Assembly (NCBI GenBank): GCA_963841645.1
Contig: CAWJDS010000018.1
Span: 68,881 to 132,880, forward strand
Direction of reading: 5' to 3'
DNA length: 64,000 nt
From: an uncultured Gammaproteobacteria bacterium
Lineage (GTDB): Bacteria; Pseudomonadota; Gammaproteobacteria; Steroidobacterales; Rariloculaceae
Part shown: one piece after another, positions 18,019 to 32,516 of the stretch
Numbering within the stretch: the first letter of the stretch is position 1
Layout: each line of letters starts with the position of its first letter
The notes under the pieces: generated by a model
What the model was told of the DNA's origin: nothing
Database searches by the model: none
The model's input: only the letters and a program-made list of their open reading frames with translations
Made by a program: the position numbers and the translations under genes

Positions 18019-19333
18019 CTAGGTCGGGTTCTCGAGGCTGAAGCGCGCCTTCTCGTCGTCGTACGCGAAGAGCTCCGCGTAGCGGCCCCAGGCTGATGAT
18101 CGCGCGCAGCGTCTGCTCGGCGGCTTCGGGCGTCATGTAGTCCTCGAGCTCGTCGAAGAAACGGCTCATCGGCGCGACGTGCGACGCGCGCTCGTCGAGC
18201 ACGCGGCGGACGTGCGCCGCGAGCGGTACGTAGGCGAGCAGCTGCCGCGCGAAGATCTTCTTGCGCTCGTCGAGCGCCGCGCGCGCGAACGCAGGCCCCG
18301 CGTCGAGCAGCCGGATGTCGCCGCCCTCGAGCTGCGGCGAAGCGCAGCATCTGCAGCGTCTCGGCGACCGGGAAACAGCTCGTCGATCTCCATCTGCAGG
18401 CAGGAAGCGATCTCCGGCAGGTCGGCTTTGCCGTTGAACGGCTCGCTCGCGAGCGTCTCCATGAGGCCCGACAGCAGGTTCGACGACACGCGCGGCAGCA
18501 CCGTGCCGAGTCCCTGGCCCGGCAAGCCCTCGGGCTCGCGCGCTCGGGCGCATGGCGGCGCGAGCGTCATCTCGACGTAGATGCGCTCGACGAGCGCGCG
18601 GAAGCTCGGGTCGAGACGATTCCGCGGCTGCGGCAGCGTCACCTGGATCTCGGTCAGGATGCGCCCGGGATTGCGTGCCGAAGATCGAGGATCCGGTCGC
18701 ACATCAGCACCGCTTCCTCGATGTTGTGCGTCACGAGCAGCACGCCCTTGATCGGCATGCGCCCGTCGGCACCAGAGATCGAGGAAGTCGGTGCGCAGCG
18801 TCTCCGCGGTCAGCACGTCGAGCGCCGAGAACGGTTCGTCCATCAGCAGGATGCTGCGGATGCACGACGAGCGCGCGCGCGAAGCCGACGCGCTGGCGCA
18901 TGCCGCCCGAGAGCTCGCGCGGATACGCGGACTCGAAGCCGTCGAGGCCGATCAGGTCGATCGCCGCGAGCGAGCGCTTGCGGATCTCCGCGCTCGGCAC
19001 GCCGCTGCGCCTCGAGCCCGAGCGCCACGTTCTCGTAGCACCGTGAGCCACGGGAACAGCGCGAAGCTCTGGAACACCATCGCGATCCCGAGCGGCGGAC
19101 CGTCGATCGGCTCGCCGCGATACGCGAGCGCTTCCGGCGCTCGGCTGCGACAAGCCCGGCGATCAGCCGCAGCAGCGTGGACTTGCCGGACCCCGAGCGT
19201 CCGAGCAGGCCGACGATCTCGCCCTCGTGCATGCGAAGGTTCACGCCGTCGAGCACGAGCAGCTCGCCGCCGTCGGGCGCGGAAACGCCTTGCGGACGTC
19301 GTCGACGTCTGCAGCAGGCGGTACGGCGTTCAT
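18019..19333 (-). CDS. ABC transporter ATP-binding protein (nitrate/sulfonate/bicarbonate type) with C-terminal AAA-associated domain; multiple frame breaks
   Basis: Pieces read in order: [40 protein letters not shown] (Walker A), [15 protein letters not shown] (signature), MDEPFSALD (Walker B). The extra domain is ...[23 protein letters not shown]...[12 protein letters not shown]...[28 protein letters not shown]. Confidence 0.8.
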
Positions 19334-19343
19334 CGCGCGTCCC

Positions 19344-21082
19344 TCAGCCGAGCCGGAACTTGCGCTCGGCGTAGTCGTACAACGGCCTCCAGAAGCACGC
19401 GGTTGATCACGACGACGAACAGACACATCGTCGCGATGCCGAGCACGATGCGATGCAGGTCGCCGGCCGCCGTCGCGTCGGCGATGTACGCGCCGAGGCC
19501 GTGCGCCTCGAGCTTCATGTCGCCCCAGCTCGCGACCTCGGCGACGATCGCCGCGTTCCACGAGCCGCCCGAGGCCGTGATCACGCCCGGTCACGTAGTA
19601 GGGGAAAACGCCGGGCAGCGCGACCTTGCGCCACCAGAGCCAGCCGCCGACCTGCAGGTTCTCCGCCGCGTAGCGCAGCTCGTTCGGCATCGCGCGTCGC
19701 GCCGACGATCACGTTGAACAGGATGTACCACTGCGTGCCGAGGATCATCAGCGGGCTGAGCCAGACGTTCGCGTCGAGATGCCAGGTGACGATGCCGTAG
19801 ACCGCGAGCGGGAACAGCAGGTTCGCCGGGAACGCCGCCAGGAACTGCGCGACCGGCTGCACGATCTGCGGCGCGCGCGGCCGCAGGCCGACCCAGACGC
19901 CGACCGGCACCCAGACGACGCTCGCGAGCGCGATCAGCACGAACACGCGCATCATCGTGAGCAGCGCGAGGCCGGCGACGCTCGAGCGCCTCGGCGAGCG
20001 ACGTCTCGCTCGATCAGCATCGCGACGATGTGCCAGCAGCGCGAACGCGAGCGCCGCGACGAGCACCGAGCACGAGCGCGAGCAGACCCGCCGCGGCGGT
20101 CGCGCCGCGGTTCGGCCGCGGCGCGCTTCGCCGGCACGTGCCGGCGCCGCGCGGCCCAGCGAACAGGGCGCGGAACGCGCCGCGCACGGCGCCGACGAGC
20201 CGCGAGCGGCGCAACACCGTCGAGCACCCACGACGTCGGCGCCGCGAGCCCCGGGTCCTGCTCGACGCGAAAGCGATCCACCCACGCGACGAGCGGCCGG
20301 AACAGCAGCTGGTCGTAGAGCAGGATCACGACGAGCATCGTGACGATCGCCCAGCCGATCGCCGCGAGGTTGCGCTGCTCGATCGCGAGCGCGATGTACG
20401 AGCCGATGCCCGGGCAGCGCGACACGTCGTGTTGCCGACGCTGATCGCCTCGGCGGCGACGACGAAGAACCAGCCGCCCGACATCGACATCATCATGTTC
20501 CAGACGAGCGCGGGCATCGCGAACGGCACCTCGAGCCGCCAGAACCGCATCCACGGCGCGAGGTGGAACGAGTCCGCGGCCTCGCGGAGCTCGGTGGGCA
20601 CGGTGCGCAGCGACTGGTAGACGCTGAACGCCATGTTCCAGGCCTGGCTCGTGAAGATCGCGAAGATCGCCGCGAGCTCGGCGCCGAGCACCCGGCCGCG
20701 CCCGAGCGTCAGAAAGAACACCACGGTGATCGAGATGAAGCCGAGGATCGGCACGGACTGCAGGATGTCGAGGATCGGCACCAGCAGCTTGCCGGCGCGC
20801 TCGTTCTTCGCGGCCCAGGTCGCGTAGCTCAGCGAGAACAGCAGCGAGACGGCGAGCGCCGCGAGCATGCGCAGCGTCGTGCGCGCCGCGTACTCGGGCA
20901 GGTGAATCGGGTCGAGCGACAGCGGCAGCGGCCTCGAGATGCGCGAGCGGCTCGAGCAGCTCGCGGCTCGTGCTCGCGAGGAACGCAACGAACCCGATCA
21001 CGAGCACGATCGCTACCGCGTCCCATGGCGTCGTCGTGAGGCGCCGCAGGCCGAAGAAGTCGACTTCTCGCGTGGAGCTCAA
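19344..21082 (-). CDS. fused double-domain ABC transporter permease; many frame breaks
   Basis: Fragments give two BPD-type permease halves. Examples: LLVPILDILQSVPILGFISITVVFF, EAADSFHLAPWMRFWRLEVPFAMPALVWNMMMSMSGGWFFVV. Second half: VWVPVGVWVGLRP...AQFLAAFPANLLFPLAV, LRYAAENLQVGGWLWWRKVALPGVFPYYVTG. Confidence 0.8.
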
Positions 21083-21268
21083 GAGAGGAGCCTCAATGAT
21101 CGGCTCGTCGAACGTATACGCAGCGCACGAACGCGCTCGGCGTTCTGTGTATCATTGGCGCCGTTTTTGTCGTCGAGTGGAACGCATTGGATTCGTCGGC
21201 ACGTCGCCGCCGGAAAACCGCTCGTTGGACAAGCCTAACCAGCGAACGTTACCGGAGCATCACGCGTC

Positions 21269-22051
21269 GTGAGCGACACTCTCCAGAACCTCCTGCTCGG
21301 CGTCATCGAAGGCATCACCGAGTTCCTGCCGATCTCGAGCACCGGCCACCTGCTCATCGCCCAGCATTGGCTCGGCCAGCGGTCCGAGCTCTTCACGGTC
21401 GCGATCCAGGTCGGTGCGATTCTCAGCGTCGTCGTGATCTATTGGCAGCGCCTGCTCGATCTCGTGTTGCGGTTTGGCCGGCCCGAGAACCGTGACTATT
21501 TCCTCAAGCTCGTGGGCTCGTTCCTGATCACCGGCGCAGGGGGCTTCGCCGCGAAGAAGCTCGGCTTGGAGCTGCCGGAGTCGCTCGCTCCGGTCGCGTG
21601 GGCGCTCGCGGTCGGCGGCGTGCTGATTCTCGTGATCGAGCGGCTGCTCGCGTCGGCCGCCCCGAACGAGACGCTGACCTGGAAGGTCGCGATCTGGGTC
21701 GCGATCGGCCAGATCGTCGCCGCGGTGTTCCCGGGCACTTCGCGCTCGGCGGCCGCGATCTTCGCCGCGATGCTCGCGGGCCAGACGTCGCGGCCGGCCG
21801 CGGCCGAGTTCGCATTCCTCGTCGGCATCCCGACGATGTTCGCGGCCGCGGGCTATGACCTCCTCAAGGCGCTACACGCGGGCGGCGGCGGTGAGGACTG
21901 GGGCGGGCTCGCGGTCGCGTTCGTCGCGTCGGCCGTGGTCGCGTTCGCGTCCGTGAAGTGGCTGCTCGTGTACATCCAGTCGCATCGCTTCACGGTGTTC
22001 GCGTGGTACCGGATCGCACTCGGCGCCGCGTTGCTCGTCTTCGTTCGCTGA
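21269..22051 (+). CDS. uppP: undecaprenyl-diphosphate phosphatase
   Basis: Intact 260-aa ORF with GTG start. BacA/UppP signatures GVIEGITEFLPISSTGHL and PGTSRSAAAI..A.LAG. Confidence 0.92.
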   Translation: MSDTLQNLLLGVIEGITEFLPISSTGHLLIAQHWLGQRSELFTVAIQVGAILSVVVIYWQRLLDLVLRFGRPENRDYFLKLVGSFLITGAGGFAAKKLGLELPESLAPVAWALAVGGVLILVIERLLASAAPNETLTWKVAIWVAIGQIVAAVFPGTSRSAAAIFAAMLAGQTSRPAAAEFAFLVGIPTMFAAAGYDLLKALHAGGGGEDWGGLAVAFVASAVVAFASVKWLLVYIQSHRFTVFAWYRIALGAALLVFVR

Positions 22052-22177
22052 GCTCTCCGCGAAGCGGCGCCATAATTCGTCAGAGGTTCGCTAGCGCTCG
22101 TGCGCGATCGGTCGCGGGTGCGTCAGCGCGGTTCGCTGTAATGCAAGCGTGTCCTAACACGCTTCGAGGAGCGAACC

Positions 22178-22919
22178 ATGAGAAAGCAGATTATCGTCCT
22201 GGCCGTCGGCGCGCTGCTCGCGCAGACGGGCTGGACCCGTGACAAGAGCGAAGACCCCAAGGCCCATCCCGACAAGGAGCAATCGATCGGTCTCGGCAGC
22301 GGCGCTGCGATCGGCGCGATCGCCGGTGGCCCCGTCGGTCTCATCATCGGCGCCGCGATGGGTGGCTGGCTCGGCGACCGATTCCATCACGAGCACGTGA
22401 CCCGCTCGGAGTCCGAGCAGCAGGCGAGCCCAGGCTCAGGCGCATGCCGCGTCGCTCGAGCAGCGCTTGAGCGGCACGGAGCAGCAGCTCGCGTCGAGCC
22501 ACGCCGAGCTCCAGAGCGAGCGCAACGCGCATCGCGACGACATCGAGCGCGCCGTGGCGCTCGACGTGCACTTCCGCACGGAGGACAGCACGATCGATGC
22601 CGGCGACGAGCAGCGGCTCGCGGAGCTCGCTTCGTTCGTGGCACCTCTCGACGGCACCGTGATCCGTCTCGATGGGCACACGGACGTGCGCGGCACGCAG
22701 AAGTACAACGACGCGCTGTCGACTGCGCGCGCCGAATCCGTACGCGACACTCTCGTGCGCGCGGGCATGCCGGCCGAGCGAATCGTCGTGACGGGCGAGG
22801 GGTCGGCCGACGCGACGGCGACCGATCAAGACGTCGACGGCATGGCGCTCGACCGGCGCGTGGCGGTCACGGTCGTCGGTCTCGACGACGCGAGCCGCGT
22901 CGCGCGCGAGACGCACTAG
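22178..22919 (+). CDS. OmpA-family protein with N-terminal glycine-zipper segment; one +1 frame break near 22427
   Basis: Signal peptide. Gly zipper GLGSGAAIGAIAGGPVGLIIGAAMGGWLG. Coiled linker. OmpA C-like domain FRTEDSTIDAG..L.ELA......IRLDGHTDVRGTQKYNDALSTARAESVRD.LV.AG...RI...G.G. Confidence 0.8.
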
Positions 22920-23057
22920 TTCCCGCTCCCCCGGCCGCGAGAGCGGCCTTCGTGGCCGGGGGCCGCCGCAGACGGAAGCGCGGTGGCCTCCGGCCATGCC
23001 TTTTCTCGGAAGGTCGCCCTGATCGAAAACGCGTCGCGACGGGGCGAGGGCCTTCCG

Positions 23058-23743
23058 TTAGGCGGCTTGGAACAGCGGCGCGAGAAGCGGAAGCATCTTG
23101 TCGCACCGGATGGCCGCGACAGCGCGGCAACCGCGACCGGCCCGACGAACCGTCGAATGGTCTGCGCGGTCTCTTCGAGCGATACGGGCTGCTCCTCGGA
23201 TTCGCTCACGACGATCGCCGCGGGTTCGCACGCCGCGCGCGCGCAGAGCCGCGACCGCCGTGAGCGTGTGGCTCAGCGTGCCGAGGTAACTGCCCGCGAC
23301 GAGTAACACCGGCGCGCCGAGCTCCACGATCCAGTCGAGCACGGTGTGCGTGTCGTCGAGCGGCACCATCACGCCGCCGATGCCCTCGATCAACGTGACG
23401 TCTGACGGCCGCGGCGTGCGGCAGAATTCGAGGAACTCGTCGAACGGAATCACGCGCTGCTCGCGCGCCGCGGCCATGTCCGGTGAGAGCGGCGCCACGA
23501 AGCGCCACGGCGATACCGAGTCGAGGTTCGCAGGCGTCGCGGCCAGGCCGAGCGCGTCGAGCAGCGCGCCGGTGTCTGTGGCCGCGACGTTCTTGGGATC
23601 GAAACCCGATGCCACGGGCTTCAGTGCGCAGCACGCTGCGCCGCGCCGCGCGCAGCTCCGCGACGAGCCTGCGCGGTGACGAAAGTCTTGCCGACGTCCG
23701 TGCCGGTCGCGGTCACGAACACCGTGGTCATCGGGCTAGCCAT
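23058..23743 (-). CDS. bioD: dethiobiotin synthase; frame interrupted several times
   Basis: N-terminus MTTVFVTATGTDVGKT (P-loop). The middle piece LKPVASGFD..., TLIEGIGGVMVPL, VLLVAGSYLGTLSHTLT lies immediately downstream of bioF on the same strand. Confidence 0.8.
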
Positions 23744-23757
23744 CGCGAATCGGCGAC

Positions 23758-25002
23758 TCATCCGCTGTTCGCGTCGCTCGGCTCGCGCAGCTCCGCGACG
23801 ATCGGTCGCACCGCGGCCGCGAGCGCGCGCACGCGCTCTTCGCGATGTGCGGCCGAGAACGTGAATCGCAGCCGCGACGTGCCGGCCGGCACGGTCGGCG
23901 GCCGGATCGCCGGGACGAGGAAGCCCGCGAGCTTGAGCTCGTCGCTCGCGCGCAGCGCGCGCTCGGCGCTGCCGAGCACGACGGAGACGATCGGGCTCTC
24001 GGCCGCGCGCAAGCCGAGCTCGGCCGTGAACAGGCGCGCGAGCGTGACCGGCCGGCGCACGAGATCGAGGTCCGCCGCGATCACGTCGAGCGCGCGGCTC
24101 GCGGCCGCGATCGTGCCCGGCGGCAAACCCGTCGAGTAGACGAAGCTGCGCGCGCGATTGCGCACGAGCTCGACGACGCTCGTGCTCGCGCAGAGATAGC
24201 CGCCGTACGCGCCCGCGGCCTTCGACAGCGTGCCCATCTGCAGCGGCACGTCGACTCGCGCGCCGTGCGCGAAGCTCGACCCACGGCCGTCGCCGACGAC
24301 ACCGAGCCCGTGCGCGTCGTCGCTCATGAGCCATGCGTCGTGCTCGCCGGCGAGCGCCGCGAGCTCGGGCAGCGGCGCGAGATCGCCCTCCATGCTGAAC
24401 ACGCCGTCGGTCACGACGAGGCAGTGCCGGTGCCGCGCGCGCTGCTCGGCGAGCAACGCGCGCGCGTGGGCGACGTCGTTGTGGCGGAACTCGACGACGC
24501 GCGCGCCGCTGAGCTCGGCGCCCGCGAGCAGGCAGCTGTGGCAGAGCTCGTCGAGCAGGATCAGGTCCGCGTTGCCGACGAGCGCGGGAATCGTGCCGAC
24601 GTTCGTGAGGTAGCCGCTGCCGAACACGACCGCGTCGTCCGTGCCTTTGAGCGCGGCGAGCTTGCGCTCGAGCTCTGCGTAGAGCGGGTGGTTGCCGTTC
24701 ACGAGACGCGACGAGCCCGCGCCGACGCCGTAGCGGCGCGTCGCGTCGAGGCTCGCCGCGATCACGTCGGGATGCTGCGAGAGGCCGAGATAGTCGTTGC
24801 ACGAGAACGACTCGAGCTCGCGGCCGTTCTGCGCGGCGCCGGTGGCGCTCGTGCGCTCGGTCGTCGCGAGGCGGCGGCGCAGGTGCCGGCGCTCGAGCGC
24901 CGCGAGCTTCGCTTCGGCGACTTCGTCGAGCGACTCGGGCGAGCGCGCGCTCTCGGCGTCGAGATCCGTCATTCGTCGCGGGCTCGAATCGGCATGCGGC
25001 AT
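23758..25002 (-). CDS. bioF: 8-amino-7-oxononanoate synthase
   Basis: Intact ORF. FSCNDYLGLS, GSGYLTN, DDAHGLGVVG, MGTLSKAAGAYGG (PLP lysine). The true start may be the internal ATG at 24972. Confidence 0.92.
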   Translation of the reverse strand: MPHADSSPRRMTDLDAESARSPESLDEVAEAKLAALERRHLRRRLATTERTSATGAAQNGRELESFSCNDYLGLSQHPDVIAASLDATRRYGVGAGSSRLVNGNHPLYAELERKLAALKGTDDAVVFGSGYLTNVGTIPALVGNADLILLDELCHSCLLAGAELSGARVVEFRHNDVAHARALLAEQRARHRHCLVVTDGVFSMEGDLAPLPELAALAGEHDAWLMSDDAHGLGVVGDGRGSSFAHGARVDVPLQMGTLSKAAGAYGGYLCASTSVVELVRNRARSFVYSTGLPPGTIAAASRALDVIAADLDLVRRPVTLARLFTAELGLRAAESPIVSVVLGSAERALRASDELKLAGFLVPAIRPPTVPAGTSRLRFTFSAAHREERVRALAAAVRPIVAELREPSDANSG

Positions 25003-25131
25003 TCTCGCTCGATGGGATGCGGTCTTTCCATTGCGCTGCGGGCGGTCGAACGAGCTCGTAAAGAAATCTCCGGTTACGAAAGCTTCAGGCGTGGCGCAGC
25101 ACGTTCGGCGCGCTCGCTCGCTTTCGTGCGG

Positions 25132-25903
25132 TCAGATGCCCGCGTACCACGACCACCCGTTGCGCAGCGGCCCGTAGGGACCGAGGTCGTCGAACTCGTC
25201 GGTCACGACGATCTTGCGCAGGTACTTCATGCTCTTGTAGCCGAGCTGCGTCTCGACGCGCGCGCGCAGCGGCGCGCCGTGCGCGATGGGCAGGTCGCGG
25301 CCGTTCATGCCGTACGCGAGGATCGTCTGCGGGTGCAGCGCGTCGAGCATGTCGATGCCGTCCGCGACGACGTCGTAACAATAGAATTGCACGAAGCGCG
25401 CGCTCGGGTTCACGCCCGACGCCTCGAGCACGGTGCGCAGCGGTACGCCGGTCCATTCGGCGATCGCGGACCACCCTTCCTCGCACGCGTGCCTCGTGAC
25501 CTGCGTGCGCGATGGGAGGCGCTTCAGAGTCCGCGAGCGAATAGCTGCTGGGCCGCGCGACGCTGCCCTCCACCGCAAGCCGCCAATCCGCGAAGCCGCC
25601 GCTGCGCAACCGCGCGTAGTCCTCGCCGTACTCGGCCGTGAAGAGCTCCTGGCGCGCGTCGCCGGGATCCGTCGTGCCGATGGCGGCGATCGACGTGATC
25701 TCGCTGCGCGCGTACTCCTTCGCGAGCGTACGCGCGGGCAGCAAGAGCCGATGTGCCTTGTAGGTGAGCACGTCGCCGATCCGCAGGAGGTTGCCGTAAG
25801 TCGGCGGCAGCTCGTCGGAGCAGCCCGCGAGCGCGAGCCCGCCGAGCGAGGAGACGCCCGTGATCAAGGCGCGGCGGCGCGTGATGAGCTTGGGCGAAGT
25901 CAT
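25132..25903 (-). CDS. molybdopterin-dependent oxidoreductase (sulfite-oxidase / MsrP-like fold), Tat signal; one +1 frame break near 25530
   Basis: Twin-arginine leader MTSPKLITRRRALITGVSSLGGLALAG. C-terminal part HACEEGWSAIAEWTGVPL...ILAYGMNGRDLPIAHGAPLRARVETQLGYKSMKYL. ATGA overlap with the upstream cytochrome b gene. Confidence 0.8.
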
Positions 25904-26702
25904 GGACCGAACGTCAGTGCGCGGAGTTGCCGGCCGAAGCCGGCGCGCGCGGTCATCAGCACGTGGCCGATCGCGAACGCCGCGACGAGCGCAAACGCGA
26001 AGAAGTGAATCGTGCGCGCCGATTGCGCGCCGCCCCAGACGCTCGCTAAGACCGGGTAGGCCGCCGTGATCGCGGGCGACATCGCGAGCCCTGTGACGAC
26101 GAGCACCGGCAGCGCAAGGAACACAACGCCGAAGTACGCGCATCTCTGGAGCGCTCCGTATGGCGGTCCTGGCGCGACCGCCGCTCCGCGCTTGCCGAGC
26201 CGCGCGACCAGGTCGCCCCAGAGTGCCGGTGGCGCGAGGTCACGAGCGCGCGGCACGAGGTCGCGTGAGGCGTGGCCGGTCAGCACGCCGGCGAGCGCGT
26301 ACGCGGCGCCGGTCGCGACGAGCAGCCATGCGGCGAGGAAGTGCAGGCTGCGTGCCCAACCGTTCTCGTTGTAGATCTCGTAGGTTCGGCTCGCGCTCAC
26401 GATGGGTGGCGTTCGACCGTCGGCGCGTGCGTTGCCGGCAGCCTCGGGCGAGAAGACGACGGTTTGCTCCCAGCCGCCGTGCCGATAGTTGCGGTTGATC
26501 GGCAGCTCGAGCAGCGCGGGCGTGAGGTCGTTGCCGGCCTCGCCCCAGTAGAGTCGCGGGTGCGCCATCAGCACGACGAAGCCGCTGACGCCGAGCGTGA
26601 GCACGCTCGCGGCGAGAAGCCAATGACAGAGACGGACCCAGCCCGCGTGCGCGGGGCGGTGCGGCGAGGACTGATCGAGCGGCCGCGTGTCCACGCGGCG
26701 CA

Positions 26703-26703
<1 letters not shown>
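25900..26703 (-). CDS. cytochrome b-type membrane subunit (Ni-hydrogenase/b561-like family)
   Basis: Intact 267-aa ORF. Four to five TM helices with conserved His residues (RLCHWLLA, SLHFLAAW, TIHFFAFALVAAFAIGHVL). Translationally coupled to the Moco oxidoreductase. Confidence 0.75.
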
Positions 26704-29203
<2,500 letters not shown>

Positions 29204-29235
29204 TTTGCTGCTGACCCCGAAATGAGAGTGGCCGG

Positions 29236-29264
29236 TATCTTGGGTCCCGGCGCGCTGTTTCAAG
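29236..29264 (-). promoter_or_regulatory. candidate sigma32 (heat-shock) promoter of lon
   Basis: Minus strand reads CTTGAAA - 13 nt - CCCAAGATA, ending 32 nt upstream of the lon ATG. The E. coli sigma32 consensus is CTTGAAA N13-15 CCCCATNT. Confidence 0.4.
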
Positions 29265-29411
29265 CGCGGCCCGGGGCCGTGTCTGGTCCTCAGTTTGGAC
29301 CGCGATGGTGAGATCCGTTGCGGCGAGCTAGCCCAGAGGACTAGTGCAAGCGCCGGGCCAAGGTAGGCACTTGGAGGGCTCGCGGAGCGGCAGCGCGTCT
29401 TGCCAGCGCGG

Positions 29412-31010
29412 TTAGCGGCGAGCGAGAGCGGCGAGCAGCGCCGAGACGTCGAGCGGCGCGGTGTCGGCACGCGGATCGCCGCGCGCTGCTCGTCGCGCGC
29501 CGAGCGGCTCGTGAGTCGGCGAGCTGGTGGTCGAGCACCTCGAGGTGGCTTCGGACGCGTCGCGGCTGCTCCGCCGCGCGAGCGGCGATCCGGCGCCGGA
29601 GCACTTCCTTGGGCGCTACGCAGTCGAGGATCGCGAAACGCGCGTTGTGCTGTTTCGCGATCCGCGAAAATGCGTCGCGCTCCGCCCGGCGCAGGAAGCG
29701 TCGCGTCGACGATCGCGTCGAATCCGTGGCGCAGCGCGGCGGCCGCGATCTCGGCGAGCCGCTCGTAGGTGCGCGCGGTCGAGCGCCGAGTCGTAGAGCC
29801 CTCCGCCGACGGCGGAGCCCGAATGCGCGCTCGCGGCGAGGCCGTGCAGGCGCTTGCGCTCGAGATCCGAGCGCACACGCAACGGCGCGCAAGCCGCCGA
29901 TGAGCGCCTCCGTCACGTGTGTCTTGCCGCTGCCCGAGAGGCCGTGCGTGATCATGAGCAGCGGCGCGCGCGGCGCGACGAGCGTCGCGCGCCGTCTTGA
30001 GGTACGGCGCGAGCGCGGAGTGGCCGGCCGTCCGGACTTCTGCGCCGCCTTGATGCGCGCGCGACCTTGGCGCGCACCAGGGCGCGATGGACGGGTAGAA
30101 GCGCAGCACGTCGAGCCCGTCGTAGTCGCCGCTCGACCTCGAGGTAGGCGATGAGGAAGTCGTACGCGAGGTCGGCGCGACCGTGCGCCATCGAGGTCCA
30201 TCGCGAGGAAGCTCACTTCGCTCATGACGTCGATTTCGCGCAGCGCGCGCGTCGAACTCGAGCGCGTCGAACGCGACGATCTCGCCGTCGAGCACGAGCA
30301 GATTCTCGAGATGCAGATCGCCGTGGCACTCGCGGTAGCGGCCGAGCGCGGCGCGGCTGCTCGATCGCCGGCGCGATCGACGCGGCTCGTTCGCTCGGTC
30401 CAGTCGCGCAGCGCGTCGAGCTCGCGCAGCTCGCGCGCCGGGGAGGCTCGCCCGGAGCTCGTCGACGTTCTCGCGAGCGGCGGCCGCGAGCGCGCTCGCC
30501 GCGGCCGGGCGGGGCTCGAGCGGCGGCAGCTCGGCGTGAAAGCGCGCGAGCCGCGTCGCCGAACGCACGTGAGCGGCTCGCGCGCGAGCGCGCCGCGCCG
30601 CGAGACGCCGGTCGAGCCGCGCGTCGGCGGGGAATTGCCGCATCTTCACCGCGTACTCGATCGCGGGCTCGTCGCCGACGCGCGGCGCGCTCGGCGATCG
30701 CCGCCGATCGGCACGACCGCAAGGTAGAGCTCGGTGCGAGGCGCCGGTTCAGCCGCAGCTCCTCGCGGCAGAAGTGAGGCGCCGCGCTCGAGCGTGCTGA
30801 AGTCGAGGAACGGAAACTTGACCGGCTTCTTGATCTTGTACGCGTAACTCGCCCGTCAGGAACACCCACGAGATGTGCGTCTCCGCGACGCGCACGGACT
30901 CGTCGACGTGGTGCGTCGTAGCAGGCCGGGTTCTCGAGCGCCGCGACGAGCGATCGCCTGCGTGCCGCCGTTCGTCCGTGCGCTCGTTTGCGCGTCATCG
31001 CTCGTCTCAT
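29412..31010 (-). CDS. bifunctional aminoglycoside-phosphotransferase-like kinase / P-loop ATP-binding protein; many frame breaks
   Basis: Fragments: AYKIKKPVKFPFLDFSTLE-type N-terminus, AVKMRQFPADARLD, CHGDLHLENLLVLDGEIVAFDALEF (APH catalytic loop), then LLMITHGLSGSGKTHV (Walker A). Reconstructed end DTAPLDVSALLAALARR, TAA at 29412-29414. ATGA overlap with the upstream PMM gene. Confidence 0.75.
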
Positions 31011-32379
31011 CCGGGCTCGCCGCCGAGCAGCTGCGAGCAGCTCCGTCGGTCGTCGCGCGCATCAGCGCGTCGTCGCCGCGGCTCTCGACGTTCAAGCGCA
31101 GCAGCGGCTCGGTGTTCGAAGCGCGCAGGTTGAAGCGCCAGTCCGCGAACTCGACGCTCGAGCCCGTCGGTACGCGTTCGACGCGAGCGCGGCCGGCGGC
31201 GTAACGCGCTTCCGACCGCTGCGATCGCGGCCTGCGCGTTCGGGCACCTTGCGATTGATCTCGCCGCTCGCGGGGAAGCGCCGCATGCGCTCGCCGACGA
31301 GCTCCGCGAGCGACTTCTTGCTGTCGACTCATGAGCTCGGTCACGAGGAGCCACGGGATCATGCCGCTGTCGGCGTAGGAGAACTTGCGGAAATAGTGGT
31401 GCGCGCTCATCTCGCCGCCGTAGACGGCGTCGACCTCGCGCATCTTCTGCTTGATGAACGCATGGCCCGACTTGCTCTGCACGGCCTCGCCGCCCGCCGG
31501 CGGCGACGATGTCGAGCGTGTTCCAGGTGAGCCGCGGGTCGTGCACGATCCGCTCGCCGGGCGATCTTCTTCGAGAAACTCTGGGCGAGCATGCCGACGA
31601 TGTAGTAGCCCTCGATGAAATCGCCGTGCTCGTCGAAGAAGAAGCAGCGGTCGTAGTCGCCGTCCCACGCGATCCCTAAGTCGGCGTGCTCCGTACGCAT
31701 ACGCTCGATCGTGACCTTGCGATTCTCCTCGATCATCGGGTTCGGCACGCCGTTCGGGAACGTGCCGTCGGGCTCGTGGAAGACCTTCACGAACTTGAAC
31801 GGCAGGTGCGGCTCGAGCAGATCGATGATCGGTCCGGCGCCGCCGTTGCCGGCGTTCACGACGATCTTGAGCGGCGCGAGCTCGGCGCGATCGACGTACG
31901 GACAATAGATGCGCGATGTAGTCCGGTTTGACGTCGACGGTGCGCACCGATGCCGCGCCGCGTGGCCGGCGCGAATTCGCCGCGCTCGGCGAGCGCGCGG
32001 ATGTCCTTGAGGCCCGTGTCGGCGCTGATCGGCCGCGATTCCTCGCGCACCATCTTCATGCCGTTGTAGTCGGGCGGATTGTGGCTCGCCGTCACCATGA
32101 TGCCGCCGTCGAGCCTGCGGTTGAACGTCGCGAAGTAGACGAGCTCGGTGCCGCCGACACCGATGTCGAGCACGTCGACGCCGGAGTCGGTGAGACCGCG
32201 CGCGACCGCGGTCGCGAGAGCGCGGGCTCGACAGCGCGGATGTCGCGGCCGACCGCAACGGTCTTCGGCTTGACGAACGCCGCGTAGCCGCGACCGATGC
32301 GATAGGCGATGTCCTCGTCGAGCTCCGACGGGACGCGGCCGCGAACGTCGTAGGCCTTGAAGCAGCTGATCTTTTTCAC
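31007..32379 (-). CDS. phosphomannomutase/phosphoglucomutase; several frame breaks
   Basis: GTG start [14 protein letters not shown]. Active-site loop [34 protein letters not shown] (Mg site). [29 protein letters not shown]. Confidence 0.85.
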
Positions 32380-32516
32380 ATGAGACCCGATCCTGAAGAC
32401 GGCCCAGTATACCGAGCGCGCGCCGAAGTGATTTTCAACCCGTCTCACGCAATCGCGGCGCGGCGGCGCGAATCGCATTCGCATACCATTCGGCCATTCA
32501 CCCGGACGAGGAGGCG

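Noticed and set aside
22928-22962. GC-rich inverted repeat (CCCCCGGCC ... GGCCGGGGG, with an inner GGCCGC-GAGA-GCGGCC hairpin) between the convergent OmpA-like and bioD genes, as a possible terminator.
   Set aside because: No T-tract follows on either strand. It may act as a bidirectional stem-loop, but the evidence is too weak to list as a feature.
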